From contig CAMTYL010000003.1 in assembly GCA_947085985.1 (NCBI GenBank), positions 362,108-426,107 on the forward strand: 64,000 bases of DNA, given 5' to 3'. Positions 10,470 through 20,335 of this stretch are shown piece by piece. Each line of letters opens with the position of its first letter. The stretch's first letter is position 1. Both the position numbers and the translations under genes were made by a program. The DNA comes from an uncultured bacterium. GTDB taxonomy: Bacteria > Patescibacteriota > Minisyncoccia > Phycocordibacterales > Phycocordibacteraceae. Under the pieces are notes generated by a model, which saw only the letters and a program-made list of their open reading frames with translations, was not told the DNA's origin and made no database searches.

Positions 10470-10920
10470 CGGAAAGCACTTCTGCAGCGTGCTCCGCAGG
10501 CTTCACATTTTCATATATCTTGGCAATGGTGCCGTCTGGAGCAATTAGAAAAGAGGTGCGGGATATACCATCGTACTCACGACCCATCATTTTCTTCTTT
10601 CCCCACACGCCGTAGGCACTCACCATCTCCTTCTTCTCGTCTGCAAGAAGTGTGAATGGCAACTTCTGCTTGTCCTTAAACTTCTTGTGGCTTGCTACCG
10701 AGTCAGCAGAAACACCAAAAACGGTGATGCTGCTTCCCGTAAAATCTGGCCACGCATCGCGAATAGTCTGTGCTTCAACGGTGCAGCCGGGCGTTGCGTC
10801 CTTTGGATAGAAGTACAGCAGGGTCCACGTGCCTGCCACTTCAGCGAGTGTATGCACAACCCCGTCTTCCCCCGGAAGTGAGAAATCCGGCGCCTTGTCT
10901 CCTGCGTGTAGAGTAGTCAT
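10450..10920 (-). CDS. bcp: Thioredoxin-dependent peroxiredoxin Bcp
   Basis: LYFYPKDATPGCTVEA motif; start at ATG 10920. Confidence 0.93.
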   Translation of the reverse strand: MTTLHAGDKAPDFSLPGEDGVVHTLAEVAGTWTLLYFYPKDATPGCTVEAQTIRDAWPDFTGSSITVFGVSADSVASHKKFKDKQKLPFTLLADEKKEMVSAYGVWGKKKMMGREYDGISRTSFLIAPDGTIAKIYENVKPAEHAAEVLSDVKALS

Positions 10921-10924
10921 GGTA

Positions 10925-12103
10925 TTAGCTTGATGCGTCTTCCCCGAGTAAAAATGATTCATCTTCTTGCGCACTCCCAAAAGCCTTGCGATACACAATA
11001 GCCATAAGAGCTCCGAGTGCGGCTGAGGTAATGACGCAAATCACGAGGACTCCTAGTACGGGCACGAGTCCCACGATGTAGAGCACAAGTGTACCCATGA
11101 CTGCAGTGCGCCAGGTGCAGTGTTCCCTTTTAAAGAGTGCCTGCGAAAGTGCTGCGCCGCTGATAAGTCCCGCGTACAGGTACGCAAGCAAAAGCATGAG
11201 CACGTAGAGTGCGGAAAGTAATATTGCAAGCGCAATACCTACAAACGACACCAGCAAGAACAGAATAAGAATGGGGGTGGCAACAATAGCCGCGAATCCA
11301 AGCAGCGCAAGCAGAATAAAGCGCTTTGGCGTGCGGCGGATGGTACGATCCACCACCAGGTTTGCAAGTACAGGGAACAGTCCCACAACCACGCCCGCAG
11401 CTATCGCAATGGCAATGATGCGGGTAATCAACAGCACGCCCGCGCCAGCAATGGCAAAGCGTTTTGCTTCCTCGTTTGTCGGCAGGAAGGTAGAAGAGCC
11501 GGTATAGGTTACGCCACCCGAAATAGTTGCAGTCGCCGGTACCACTATCTGCTGGGGAGCGTCGTACTCAAGAGCCCCTGTTATGGTGGTGCCTTCGGCA
11601 ACAAATAACTTGTCAGAGGCCACCACATGCACATCTCCCGCAATCGTTCCGGACAGGTACACGTCGGCACCATACACGGTCACGTCTCCCCCACTTCCTT
11701 GTACCCGCACGAGCCCTCCAACAAGATGAGTATTCTGTGCAGTAGACGATGCCACAACAGTTGCGCCGAGCGCTATGATGTCTCCACCAACGGGCGCGTC
11801 TATCAACAACTCTCCACCAATGAGGCGCACATCGCCTATAACCTCTTTGCGCACATCTACATGAGCTCCACCAAAAAGCACATCTCCCATAACAACTGCG
11901 GAAGAAACGATGGTCGCACCGATAGCAAGGACGTCTTCGCCAAGCGGGGCCGCGATGGTGATGTCAGTACCTGCGAGGTAGAGGTTAGTACTTTTCGGTT
12001 CTGAAATAACAACCGTACGGGCTGCGGTCACCGTAGCTGCACCTGCTTGCAGTGGAATACTGGCTACAAGTAGAAGCGAGAAAATGAGGGTGAGTACGCG
12101 CAT
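10925..12103 (-). CDS. Membrane protein with bactofilin-like (polymer-forming) beta-helical repeats
   Basis: Signal peptide, repeated V-x-GD-V units, C-terminal multi-TM region. Confidence 0.7.
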   Translation of the reverse strand: MRVLTLIFSLLLVASIPLQAGAATVTAARTVVISEPKSTNLYLAGTDITIAAPLGEDVLAIGATIVSSAVVMGDVLFGGAHVDVRKEVIGDVRLIGGELLIDAPVGGDIIALGATVVASSTAQNTHLVGGLVRVQGSGGDVTVYGADVYLSGTIAGDVHVVASDKLFVAEGTTITGALEYDAPQQIVVPATATISGGVTYTGSSTFLPTNEEAKRFAIAGAGVLLITRIIAIAIAAGVVVGLFPVLANLVVDRTIRRTPKRFILLALLGFAAIVATPILILFLLVSFVGIALAILLSALYVLMLLLAYLYAGLISGAALSQALFKREHCTWRTAVMGTLVLYIVGLVPVLGVLVICVITSAALGALMAIVYRKAFGSAQEDESFLLGEDASS

Positions 12104-12110
12104 ACAAAAA

Positions 12111-12599
12111 TTATGAAGTTTCCGAAGTAACAACTGGGGATGGTCTGTTATGCCTCTTCCACAAGTCAAATGCTACAAAGAAGAGCATGAATGTAATTAC
12201 TGCTGAGGCGATGCAGTAAATACACATTGCTTTGATAAGGAAAAACTGAATATAGAGAAATACAAGAGATGCCAGCGAGCCGATAGCTCCGAGCAGCAAG
12301 AGTCCTTTATACATGATACGCAGAGGGACAATAAGCACGGCGGCCGAGAGCACAAAGACCAGCGCATAAAACAACACACCATAAAGCGCAAGCGGAAGTC
12401 CTAGGAAGAAGGAGAATTCGCTCTTTGCTACAATATTGCACCCATCGAGCACAGCCCCTAAGTCACAGGAAAGAGCCGTTTGATTGAGCGCGCTTGCGGT
12501 CAGGTACCACGCATCAGCAAGACCCAGAAACGAGAGCACCAGGAGGAGGACTGACAATGGGGTGGCCCCCTTCGCACTCAGACGTGTTTGCATATCCAT
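12111..12599 (-). CDS. Vitamin K epoxide reductase (VKOR) family protein
   Basis: C...GC.IV.KS..S..LGLP loop and CIYC redox motif in a 4-TM protein. Confidence 0.92.
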   Translation of the reverse strand: MDMQTRLSAKGATPLSVLLLVLSFLGLADAWYLTASALNQTALSCDLGAVLDGCNIVAKSEFSFFLGLPLALYGVLFYALVFVLSAAVLIVPLRIMYKGLLLLGAIGSLASLVFLYIQFFLIKAMCIYCIASAVITFMLFFVAFDLWKRHNRPSPVVTSETS

Positions 12600-12647
12600 A
12601 ATCGTACCGCGCGTCCCTACCCCGAGCAATGGTGATAGACTGCTGCT

Positions 12648-13100
12648 ATGGAACCTAAGGAAATACAGGACGATGTGCTCAAGGCGCGTCTCTCTGCTGA
12701 GGAGTACCACGTACTGCGCCAGGCAGGCACCGAGGCGCCCTTTTCAGGGAACTACGTAGACAATCACGATGCCGGCATGTACCACTGCAAGGTATGTAGC
12801 GCGGCACTTTTCTCCTCAGACAAGAAGTTTGATTCTGGGAGTGGCTGGCCCTCTTTCACTGACCCTGCAGTAGCAGAAAACGTGGGGACTCGTACAGACA
12901 CCTCACACGGCATGCGCCAGGAAATCTTAGGAGCAGAGCGAGTTAGATTTCCAAGTACTCTTGGGGTGACTCGCACAGAAGTGTTCTGCAAGCACTGCAA
13001 CAGCCACCTGGGACACGTCTTTGACGACGGCCCGCGCGAGGAAGGTGGCAAGCGCTATTGCATCAATTCAGTGGCGCTTGATTTTGAAGGGTCGGAGTAA
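12648..13100 (+). CDS. msrB: Peptide-methionine (R)-S-oxide reductase with 18-aa insertion
   Basis: [32 protein letters not shown] and RYCINS motifs. Confidence 0.96.
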   Translation: MEPKEIQDDVLKARLSAEEYHVLRQAGTEAPFSGNYVDNHDAGMYHCKVCSAALFSSDKKFDSGSGWPSFTDPAVAENVGTRTDTSHGMRQEILGAERVRFPSTLGVTRTEVFCKHCNSHLGHVFDDGPREEGGKRYCINSVALDFEGSE

Positions 13101-13156
13101 TTACTAAGGGCCCCGCGCAGATTCGCGGAGCCCTTTTAAGTAGTGTGCGCCACATG

Positions 13157-13654
13157 CTAGATGTAGCGCCGAAGCGAGCGAGCGAGGTCCAAAGCTCCCG
13201 AAGCGCGCTTCTTTTCCGTAGTCGGCTGGTACGCTACCTGCGCATGTTCCCTGCAGTAGGAGACTGGCCCGCCAGTGCGCCTACCACAGAACGTGAACTC
13301 GTCTGTGAGAGGGTCGCCGATGGGCCACTTGCACATGCGAGCCCTCAGCGTCATGCTCGTTGCCGACCCCAGCTCATCAGTCCGACGAGCCGGAGCAGGT
13401 ACAGTCGCAGCGCTAGGTTTGAGCGTAGTGGCTCGCACCGGCTTGGTCGCAACCGGTCGCGCTGGTCGCGGAGCCTTGAAGGCAGGGCGAGCCGGCTGTG
13501 AAGGCGCTGCGCGTCCAGAAAGCCCGAGACGATGCACCTTGCCGATAACGGCGTTGCGCGTTACCCCGCCTAGCTGCTTGGCAATCTGACTGCAGGACAG
13601 ACCGTCCAGCCAGAGCTTCTTGAGTGTCGCCACTCTTTCGTCAGTCCATCCCAT
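13157..13654 (-). CDS. gcrA: GcrA cell-cycle regulator (Caulobacteraceae-like)
   Basis: MGWTDERVATLKKLWLDGLSCSQIAKQLGGVTRNAVIGKVHRLGLSGRA...CKWPIGDP...FCG...YC.EH...AYQP...LARSLRRYI; start at ATG 13654. Confidence 0.95.
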   Translation of the reverse strand: MGWTDERVATLKKLWLDGLSCSQIAKQLGGVTRNAVIGKVHRLGLSGRAAPSQPARPAFKAPRPARPVATKPVRATTLKPSAATVPAPARRTDELGSATSMTLRARMCKWPIGDPLTDEFTFCGRRTGGPVSYCREHAQVAYQPTTEKKRASGALDLARSLRRYI

Positions 13655-13770
13655 ATCCCTATCCTTTCGGTAGGAGGTGAAGGGCAAAAATATCAATGCA
13701 CCCTGGCAAAAGTATAGCCCCGGTTCAAAAGCACTATCAACACCATGACACAGTGCAAAAATGTGTTCTG

Positions 13771-14208
13771 TTACATTACTTCGATGCTGTCTAAATACCG
13801 TTCAAGGAAAAGCGGAAATTGCGAATGAAGTGGCGCAGGGAATGCGTCCAAACGGAACCAGCCAACGTCATCAAATTTATGGGGCTCTGCATTGTGTGCT
13901 TTAGCCCTATTAATGAGAACGAGAAAGTCCAAAGCTACCCAGTGCGTAGGCTCGCCATTATTAATTCTGTGTATGTCCCTATACCCAAGGAATTTTTTCT
14001 CCAGAACATTGGTTCCGTACTCTTCCTTAACTTCCTTTCGTATTGTTTCTTCTACAGAATCCCCCAGCTCAAGACCCCCTGCGCCTGGCTCCCACGTTCC
14101 GTGCTCGTCTCTGCAATTGCTACCGCGTTTTGCGAGAAAGAAATTACCTGCCCCGTCGTGACATAAGAAACAAACCGTGACTCCTGTGTAATCAACTCCC
14201 TTTTTCAT
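13771..14208 (-). CDS. NUDIX hydrolase
   Basis: GGLELGDSVEETIRKEVKEEYG Nudix box. Confidence 0.9.
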   Translation of the reverse strand: MKKGVDYTGVTVCFLCHDGAGNFFLAKRGSNCRDEHGTWEPGAGGLELGDSVEETIRKEVKEEYGTNVLEKKFLGYRDIHRINNGEPTHWVALDFLVLINRAKAHNAEPHKFDDVGWFRLDAFPAPLHSQFPLFLERYLDSIEVM

Positions 14209-14672
14209 ATATGACACACGACGTTCGGATGCTTTTCGAAGTAGCGTTGGTGATACTCCTCGGCCCTATAAAAATCAGCGAGAGGAACTACTTCAGTCAC
14301 GATAGCTTCTGGGTAATATTTCGGCGACAGCTCAGCTATCACGTTCTGTGCATCGTCTCGCTGCTCCTCGGTTACATAAAAAATTGCTGAGCGATACTGA
14401 CTTCCCACGTCCGGGCCCTGCCGATTACGTTCTGTCGGGTTGTGAATGGTAAAAAACTTCCGCACGATTTCTTCGTACGAGACTATGGTTGGGTCGTAGG
14501 TCACCCGCACTGCCTCAGCGTGTCCCGTTGCACCTGTGCACACCTGCTCATACGTTGGGTTCTCACGCACCCCTCCGGTGTAGCCACTCTCAGCATCCAC
14601 GACACCAGGCACGTCTAAAAACGCTTTCTCTATTCCCCAAAAACACCCGCCTGCAAATACTGCTGTGTCCAT
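14205..14672 (-). CDS. msrA: Peptide-methionine (S)-S-oxide reductase
   Basis: FAGGCFWG, GHAEAV, RQGPDVGSQYRS and AEEYHQRY motifs. Confidence 0.97.
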   Translation of the reverse strand: MDTAVFAGGCFWGIEKAFLDVPGVVDAESGYTGGVRENPTYEQVCTGATGHAEAVRVTYDPTIVSYEEIVRKFFTIHNPTERNRQGPDVGSQYRSAIFYVTEEQRDDAQNVIAELSPKYYPEAIVTEVVPLADFYRAEEYHQRYFEKHPNVVCHI

Positions 14673-14811
14673 AGAGAAAGTATAGCAACCTCCGTGGCCC
14701 CGAGGCAGTTATAGCAAATAGAGGGAAATGAACACTGACAGGACAACGGCTTGTGCGCACGCAAGGTGCAGCACAGTCGGTTCGGTACGATTACTCACTA
14801 GCAATAACCAT

Positions 14812-15057
14812 ATGCCACTATTTCAGGCACTTGGGCTTGGGGTACTCATACTAGTCCTCCAGTCTTCTCTCCCCAATGTTCTTCGCCAGGCAGAAGCGAC
14901 CACCATTGCGCTCTTGCGCGGTGCAGAAGTTTCCGCAGTTGCAGCCACCAACATGGCCGCAGCAGCAACCTCTATCACCGATGTGAAGAGTCCGGGTTTG
15001 CCACGCGCACTCCCCGACTTTCCACTCCCGCAAGCTTCGCAAGTACGAAGCTTCTAG
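14812..15057 (+). CDS. Small hypothetical membrane protein
   Basis: MPLFQALGLGVLILVL hydrophobic N-terminus; followed by a hairpin and T-run. Confidence 0.55.
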   Translation: MPLFQALGLGVLILVLQSSLPNVLRQAEATTIALLRGAEVSAVAATNMAAAATSITDVKSPGLPRALPDFPLPQASQVRSF

Positions 15058-15118
15058 CCTACCCACCACACAGCCAGCTACCCTGCTCTGGCTGTGTTTG
15101 TTTTTGTGGAGTGTGCGA

Positions 15119-15274
15119 CTAGAGTGTTCCGTTCAGCGCAGCCTTCACTGCATTCTCATATGCACGCTTTTGGTACTCCATACCAAGCCAGATGCCGAGC
15201 AGAAATACCAGGATAAAAAGCACAATACTGGCAAACTGTGATACGCGCGTGACGGCATTCCATTGGATGTTCAT
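15119..15274 (-). CDS. Small single-TM protein (51 aa), absent from the ORF track
   Basis: Manual translation MNIQWNAVTRVSQFASIVLFILVFLLGIWLGMEYQKRAYENAVKAALNGTL*. Confidence 0.6.
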   Translation of the reverse strand: MNIQWNAVTRVSQFASIVLFILVFLLGIWLGMEYQKRAYENAVKAALNGTL

Positions 15275-15343
15275 ATGCGCTTAGCATAGCAGAAAAGCGA
15301 GCCCAGGCGGGCTCGCTTTTCATATAACCATTCTTGTTACCGA

Positions 15344-16048
15344 TTACTTCTTGAGTGCCTCGTCAACTGCTGCTGCAAGCGTAGCATAGGGCACTGCTCC
15401 TGAGAGAAGCTTGGTGCCTACAATCATGCTTGGAGTGCCATTGATACCAAAGGCTGCACCTTCTGCACGAGAGTCATTAATCACCTTGGTGTACGCGTCC
15501 TTCTTACTTACCATAAGCGCGTTCACGCGTGCAACATCAATCCCTGGTACCTTCTCTGCGGTTACCTTGTCAATTGACGCAAGGTTACCGAAGCCAGCAT
15601 CACCCTCGTCGGTATGTGCCTGCATAACTGCAGTCAGCCAGTTGTGGTACTGCTCTGGGTGGGCCTCCCATACTGCGTGCGAGTAGAGTGCTGCCGTCAT
15701 AGAATCCTCGCCAAGGAACTGGAAGTCCTTGAACACGATGCGGAGCTTTCCGTCCTTCACGTAATTCTTGATAAGCTCTGGAGTGACTGTCAGCTCAAAC
15801 TGTTGGCAGAATGGGCACTGGTAATCAAACCACACCGCCATAGTGACGGGTGCTGTCGGGCTTCCAATAAACGGCACGCCGTCCGTCTTTACATCCTTCA
15901 CATCAACAGCAACATCTGCTGGCTTTGCGTTCTCCTTGCTGCCACCCTGTCCGAACATGAAGGCGAGCGCAATAATTCCAGCACCGAGCACCACCGCAAT
16001 CGGTGTGAGGTACTTTTCCATAAATCCACCTGATTTTGTCTGATCCAT
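15344..16048 (-). CDS. DsbA family thiol-disulfide oxidoreductase
   Basis: N-terminal TM; DYQCPFC and GINGTP motifs; start at ATG 16048. Confidence 0.92.
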   Translation of the reverse strand: MDQTKSGGFMEKYLTPIAVVLGAGIIALAFMFGQGGSKENAKPADVAVDVKDVKTDGVPFIGSPTAPVTMAVWFDYQCPFCQQFELTVTPELIKNYVKDGKLRIVFKDFQFLGEDSMTAALYSHAVWEAHPEQYHNWLTAVMQAHTDEGDAGFGNLASIDKVTAEKVPGIDVARVNALMVSKKDAYTKVINDSRAEGAAFGINGTPSMIVGTKLLSGAVPYATLAAAVDEALKK

Positions 16049-16152
16049 AACTATTTGAAAGCCCTTATTAGCAATATGACCAGTATAGCAGAAAGCCCGG
16101 AACCGCAAGGTTCCGGGCTTTCTGCTCAATTTCCTGGCTTCTGTTTCGCTCT

Positions 16153-16277
16153 AGGGGCGCTCAAAAATGGCCAGATACAAGGCGTGGGAGAGCGGAAGTT
16201 CGAGCCGTACATACTAGTACGGTGAGAACTTTCGCTGGGCCCCGCAACGCAGTAGCTGGCTACTTTTTGAGTGTCCT
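16153..16277. repeat. Palindromic intergenic element (family shared with 42066-42170)
   Basis: Ends CTCAAAAA/TTTTTGAG; central GAGCCGTAC-ATACTA-GTACGGTGA. Confidence 0.65.
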
Positions 16278-16281
16278 CCCG

Positions 16282-17706
16282 TTATGCGCCGATAAAGGTT
16301 AGCGCCTTTCCGGCCTCTCCCGCGCGACCCGTACGGCCAATGCGGTGCGTGTAGTCCTCGTAGGTTGCTGGCAGGTCGTAGTTAATGACGTGCGATACGC
16401 CAGAGATATCAAGACCGCGCGCAGCAACGTCTGTTGCCACAAGCACGTTCACTTCGCCACGCTTAAAGAGGCCAAGGGCCTTTTGGCGTGCGCCGTGAGT
16501 CTTGTCGCCGTGAATGCTCTCGGCACGAATACCACCTGCGCGTAGCTCCTTTGTAAGGCGCTCCACCCCATGCTTGGTACGACCAAACACGAGCACACGC
16601 TTACACGCCTCATCGCGAAGAATCTCTGAGAGTTTCTCAAATTTCTCGCTTGAGTGCGCACGCACCACGTCCTGGTCAATAGTGTGAGACGTCTCGCGAG
16701 TCTTTACGGTCACGCGAACTGGATTTTTAAGGAAGTCTCCAATCAAGCGCTCAATGTCGCGAGACATAGTAGCCGAGAAGAAGAGCGTGTGACGCTCTGC
16801 ACGCATCTTGCTCATGATGAAGCGCATATCATCAATGAAGCCCATGTCGAGCATGCGATCAGCCTCGTCGAGCACGAGTGTACCGAACTGAGACAGGTCT
16901 AGCTCGCGGCGCTCCATAAGGTCCTTTAGACGTCCTGGTGTTCCAATGACGAATGCTGGGTTGCGGCGAAGCACGCGTACCTGCGGGGTGATGTTAGCGC
17001 CACCAACACAGGTGACCGACGCGAGACCCAGTCCCTTTGCAAAGCCCCAGAACTCCTCTTCAATCTGAATAGCGAGCTCACGAGTAGGCACCATGATAAG
17101 GATGCGCTCGCTCTGGTTTAGCGTACGGAACTTAAGCACCTTATCAATAAGGGGAATAAGAAAGGCCGCCGTCTTTCCGGTACCGGTGTTTGCAAGTCCG
17201 ACAATGTCAGAGCCCTTAAGCACGTGCACGATAGACTGGTCCTGAATAGGTGTTGGGAGGATGTACCCCTTCTTAGAAATGTTGTCCTTCAAACGCTCAT
17301 CAATAGCAAAAGATGAGAAGACGTTCTCGGGTACATAGGCCTCTACCTTTTCAGGGGCGGTAGCCTTGTTAATAAGCTTTGAGATATCAACATCCATTTC
17401 CTGGTAGTTGCGTCGGCCACGAGTAGGGGCGCTCGTGCGTCCCCCACGATCGTTTCCAAAGCTGCGTCCTCCCCCACCGCGAGAATCGCGACGTGGTCCG
17501 CCACCACCTCCACCCATAGGGGCACGGCGACGTGACTCCGAAGGAGCCGTTGCGGGACGCTTAAATCCGCCTTCAAGCGCAAAACGCATACCTGCTTCGT
17601 ATGCTGAGCTTGGACGGGCTGATGGGCGTCCTGTCGGACGACCACCACTGCGAGGAGCTGGTCCTCGACGTGAATCGCGCGGACGCGAAGTATTTGACTG
17701 ATTCAT
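16282..17706 (-). CDS. DEAD-box RNA helicase with RG-rich N-terminus
   Basis: PTPIQ, ANTGTGKT, PTRELA, DEAD, SAT and HRIGRTGR motifs. Confidence 0.96.
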   Translation of the reverse strand: MNQSNTSRPRDSRRGPAPRSGGRPTGRPSARPSSAYEAGMRFALEGGFKRPATAPSESRRRAPMGGGGGGPRRDSRGGGGRSFGNDRGGRTSAPTRGRRNYQEMDVDISKLINKATAPEKVEAYVPENVFSSFAIDERLKDNISKKGYILPTPIQDQSIVHVLKGSDIVGLANTGTGKTAAFLIPLIDKVLKFRTLNQSERILIMVPTRELAIQIEEEFWGFAKGLGLASVTCVGGANITPQVRVLRRNPAFVIGTPGRLKDLMERRELDLSQFGTLVLDEADRMLDMGFIDDMRFIMSKMRAERHTLFFSATMSRDIERLIGDFLKNPVRVTVKTRETSHTIDQDVVRAHSSEKFEKLSEILRDEACKRVLVFGRTKHGVERLTKELRAGGIRAESIHGDKTHGARQKALGLFKRGEVNVLVATDVAARGLDISGVSHVINYDLPATYEDYTHRIGRTGRAGEAGKALTFIGA

Positions 17707-17984
17707 TATGTGTTTCTTGTACGTCGCGAGGGCGCCTTACGCGCTGCGTCGTGGTTAGTATGACCAGAACCTACGGCATGCGGAGGAAGTGGTTGCAACG
17801 TCTCGAGTCTCGGAGCTTCTCGCTCGGTCCCGAGGCTATGCAAAAACATGGCGGAGGACAGAAAACGTAAGGAGAAACGTTGATATATCTATTATAGCCC
17901 CAAAAGCCCAAAATAGCAAGTGTAGAAAAGGGCGCCGCGTGAAGCGGCGCCCTGTCGGCGGAAACAGTGCGTGCTGCACCACGT

Positions 17985-18377
17985 CTACCGTGCACTTTCT
18001 GGCGATTCGTCCTTCCAGAAGATTTCCGCGAACCGTGCCGCTTCAGCAACACCCGGAAACCGATCCATGCGGACCTCCGCCGACTGGAAGGCGAGCTCGG
18101 CAAAAAACTCAACCAGTCCGGAGCGCAGGTCATCCGTGTATCGTATATAGGATGCCTGCGAGCCGTTGTACCGACTCTCACCTGGAACCAGCTCCTGAAA
18201 AAAGAACATGAGCGCCACGTTCTCCTCCTTGACCAGGATGGTCACGTCGCTCTTGTCGCCGATGAAGCGAATGAACGCAACCTTGAGCGACTCCTTTTCA
18301 AGCGGGGGCGCCAGACCCACTTTTTCGCACAACATGCGCAGGTTTCGCGCATGTCTCGGAAACAAAAGATCTCCCAT
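17985..18377 (-). CDS. Hypothetical protein
   Basis: AGGAG upstream of the ATG and a GC hairpin plus T-run downstream (17930-17952) favour this frame over the overlapping plus-strand ORF. Confidence 0.55.
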   Translation of the reverse strand: MGDLLFPRHARNLRMLCEKVGLAPPLEKESLKVAFIRFIGDKSDVTILVKEENVALMFFFQELVPGESRYNGSQASYIRYTDDLRSGLVEFFAELAFQSAEVRMDRFPGVAEAARFAEIFWKDESPESAR

Positions 18378-18472
18378 ATTTTTCTCCTAAAGCCAACTTG
18401 GCCGAACCTGCATACTACACCAAAGCAAAAGACCCACAACATTCGTTGTGGGTCTTTTGCTTTACGGGCAAA

Positions 18473-20257
18473 CTAGCGCCGATTCTTTGCGCGGTCGGAC
18501 TCAGTGAGTCCCTGCTTGCGCAAGCGCACTGACAGCGGAGTGATTTCTAGGTACTCGTCCTCAGTCATCACTTCAAGACCGCGCTCAATCGTGAGTGTGA
18601 AGGCTGGCACCAGGTTGATAGCCTCGTCCATTCCAGAGGAGCGAACGTTGGATTGGTTCTTGCCCTTCGTAGGGTTTGCTACCATTTCCTCGCCCTTAGA
18701 CGTGTTGCCGATGACCATACCCTCATACACTTCAGTCGCAGGAACAATGTAGAGCACACCGCGCTCCTGCAGACTCCACAGTGCGTATCCAAGCGCCTTT
18801 CCAGTAGCCATGGAAATCATGGAGCCTACCTGACGCTTCTTAATCTCACCTGCGTATGGCTTGAAGCCGAGCACGCGACTAGAGAGAATTCCCTCGCCCT
18901 TGGTGTCCACGATGAACTGGTTACGATAGCCAAGAAGTCCACGTGTTGGTCCTTCAAAGGTTAGGCGCACCGTATCGCCCTCCTGTACCAAGTTCTGCAT
19001 CACAAAGGCGCGCGTACCGAGGCGCTCGATGATAGCTCCCTGGTATTCCGTTGGAGTGTCGATGATGACCTCCTCGTACGGCTCTACCTTCACACCCTCC
19101 TCCTCGCGCACAATTACCTGTGGCTGAGACACCTGCATTTCGTATCCAGCACGACGCATATTCTCAAGGAGAATAGCGATGTGGAGCTCTCCACGGCCTG
19201 ACACCTTGAATGCTTCAGGAGATACAAAATCCACCTTAAGACCCACGTTCACTTCAAGCTCGCGTTCAAGGTAGTCGCGCAGCTGACGGCTCGTCACGTA
19301 CTTACCTTCCTTTCCAGCAAACGGTGAGTTGTTCACAAGGAAGTTCACGGTGATGGTTGGCTCATCAATAGCGATTGCTGGCATTGGCTCCATCTCTGGG
19401 TCGGTAGTGATAGTCTCACCGATAAACGCGTCAGCGATACCAGCAATAATAACAATGTCGCCTGCGCCTGCCTCCGGCACGTCCACACGCTCAAGACCTT
19501 TAAAGGTAAATACCTTCGTAATCTTTGCATTGCGGCTCTCGCCATCTGCTTTCTTCACAGTGACCGTCTGTCCTGCCTTCACCGTTCCTTCGTACACACG
19601 TCCAATGGCAAGACGTCCGAGGAAGTTGTCGTATGCCAAGTTAAAAGTCTGAAGCTTTAGCGGCTTTGATGCACTGTCAGCGCTTGAAGTAGGTGCAACC
19701 TGCTCCAGGATAACGTCGAGCAGCGGAGTGAGGTCCTTACGTTCGTCATCAAGCTTGCGCATCGCAACTCCCTCGCGACCAATTGCGTACACCGTAGTGA
19801 AGTCAGACTGCTCGTCAGAGGCTCCCAGTTCTAGGAAGAGCTCAAGCACCTGCTCTTCAGCGCGGTTTGGATCAGCTGCTGGCTTATCAATCTTGTTCAA
19901 AACAACAATAGGCTGCAACCCGAGCTCGAGAGACTTCTTAAGCACGAAGCGAGTCTGTGGCATCGGTCCTTCCTGTGCGTCCACAATAAGGAGCACGGAA
20001 TCAATAGAGCGAAGTACGCGCTCAACCTCAGAACCAAAGTCGGAGTGGCCTGGGGTGTCCACGATGTTGATCTTGGTTCCCTTGTACTCAATAGAGGTGT
20101 TCTTTGAATAAATGGTGATACCACGCTCGTGTTCAAGCGCATTGGAGTCCATGGAGACACCTTCGGCGGCAGCTCCCGTCAGCTTCATGATGGCGTCCGT
20201 GAGCGTGGTCTTGCCGTGGTCCACGTGCGCAATGATAGCGATGTTTCTAATTTCCAT
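18473..20257 (-). CDS. typA: Translational GTPase TypA/BipA
   Basis: IAHVDHGKTT, ERGITI, DTPGH, NKID, GRGELH and PTRGL motifs. Confidence 0.97.
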   Translation of the reverse strand: MEIRNIAIIAHVDHGKTTLTDAIMKLTGAAAEGVSMDSNALEHERGITIYSKNTSIEYKGTKINIVDTPGHSDFGSEVERVLRSIDSVLLIVDAQEGPMPQTRFVLKKSLELGLQPIVVLNKIDKPAADPNRAEEQVLELFLELGASDEQSDFTTVYAIGREGVAMRKLDDERKDLTPLLDVILEQVAPTSSADSASKPLKLQTFNLAYDNFLGRLAIGRVYEGTVKAGQTVTVKKADGESRNAKITKVFTFKGLERVDVPEAGAGDIVIIAGIADAFIGETITTDPEMEPMPAIAIDEPTITVNFLVNNSPFAGKEGKYVTSRQLRDYLERELEVNVGLKVDFVSPEAFKVSGRGELHIAILLENMRRAGYEMQVSQPQVIVREEEGVKVEPYEEVIIDTPTEYQGAIIERLGTRAFVMQNLVQEGDTVRLTFEGPTRGLLGYRNQFIVDTKGEGILSSRVLGFKPYAGEIKKRQVGSMISMATGKALGYALWSLQERGVLYIVPATEVYEGMVIGNTSKGEEMVANPTKGKNQSNVRSSGMDEAINLVPAFTLTIERGLEVMTEDEYLEITPLSVRLRKQGLTESDRAKNRR

Positions 20258-20335
20258 AGGTAGTACTTGGCGACGAATAAAATAAAAATGCCCCGTGGGC
20301 GATTACCTTTACAATACCGTTATATATACAACTCG

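Noticed and set aside
17967-18476. 169-aa plus-strand ORF
   Set aside because: The overlapping minus-strand ORF has the RBS and terminator support.
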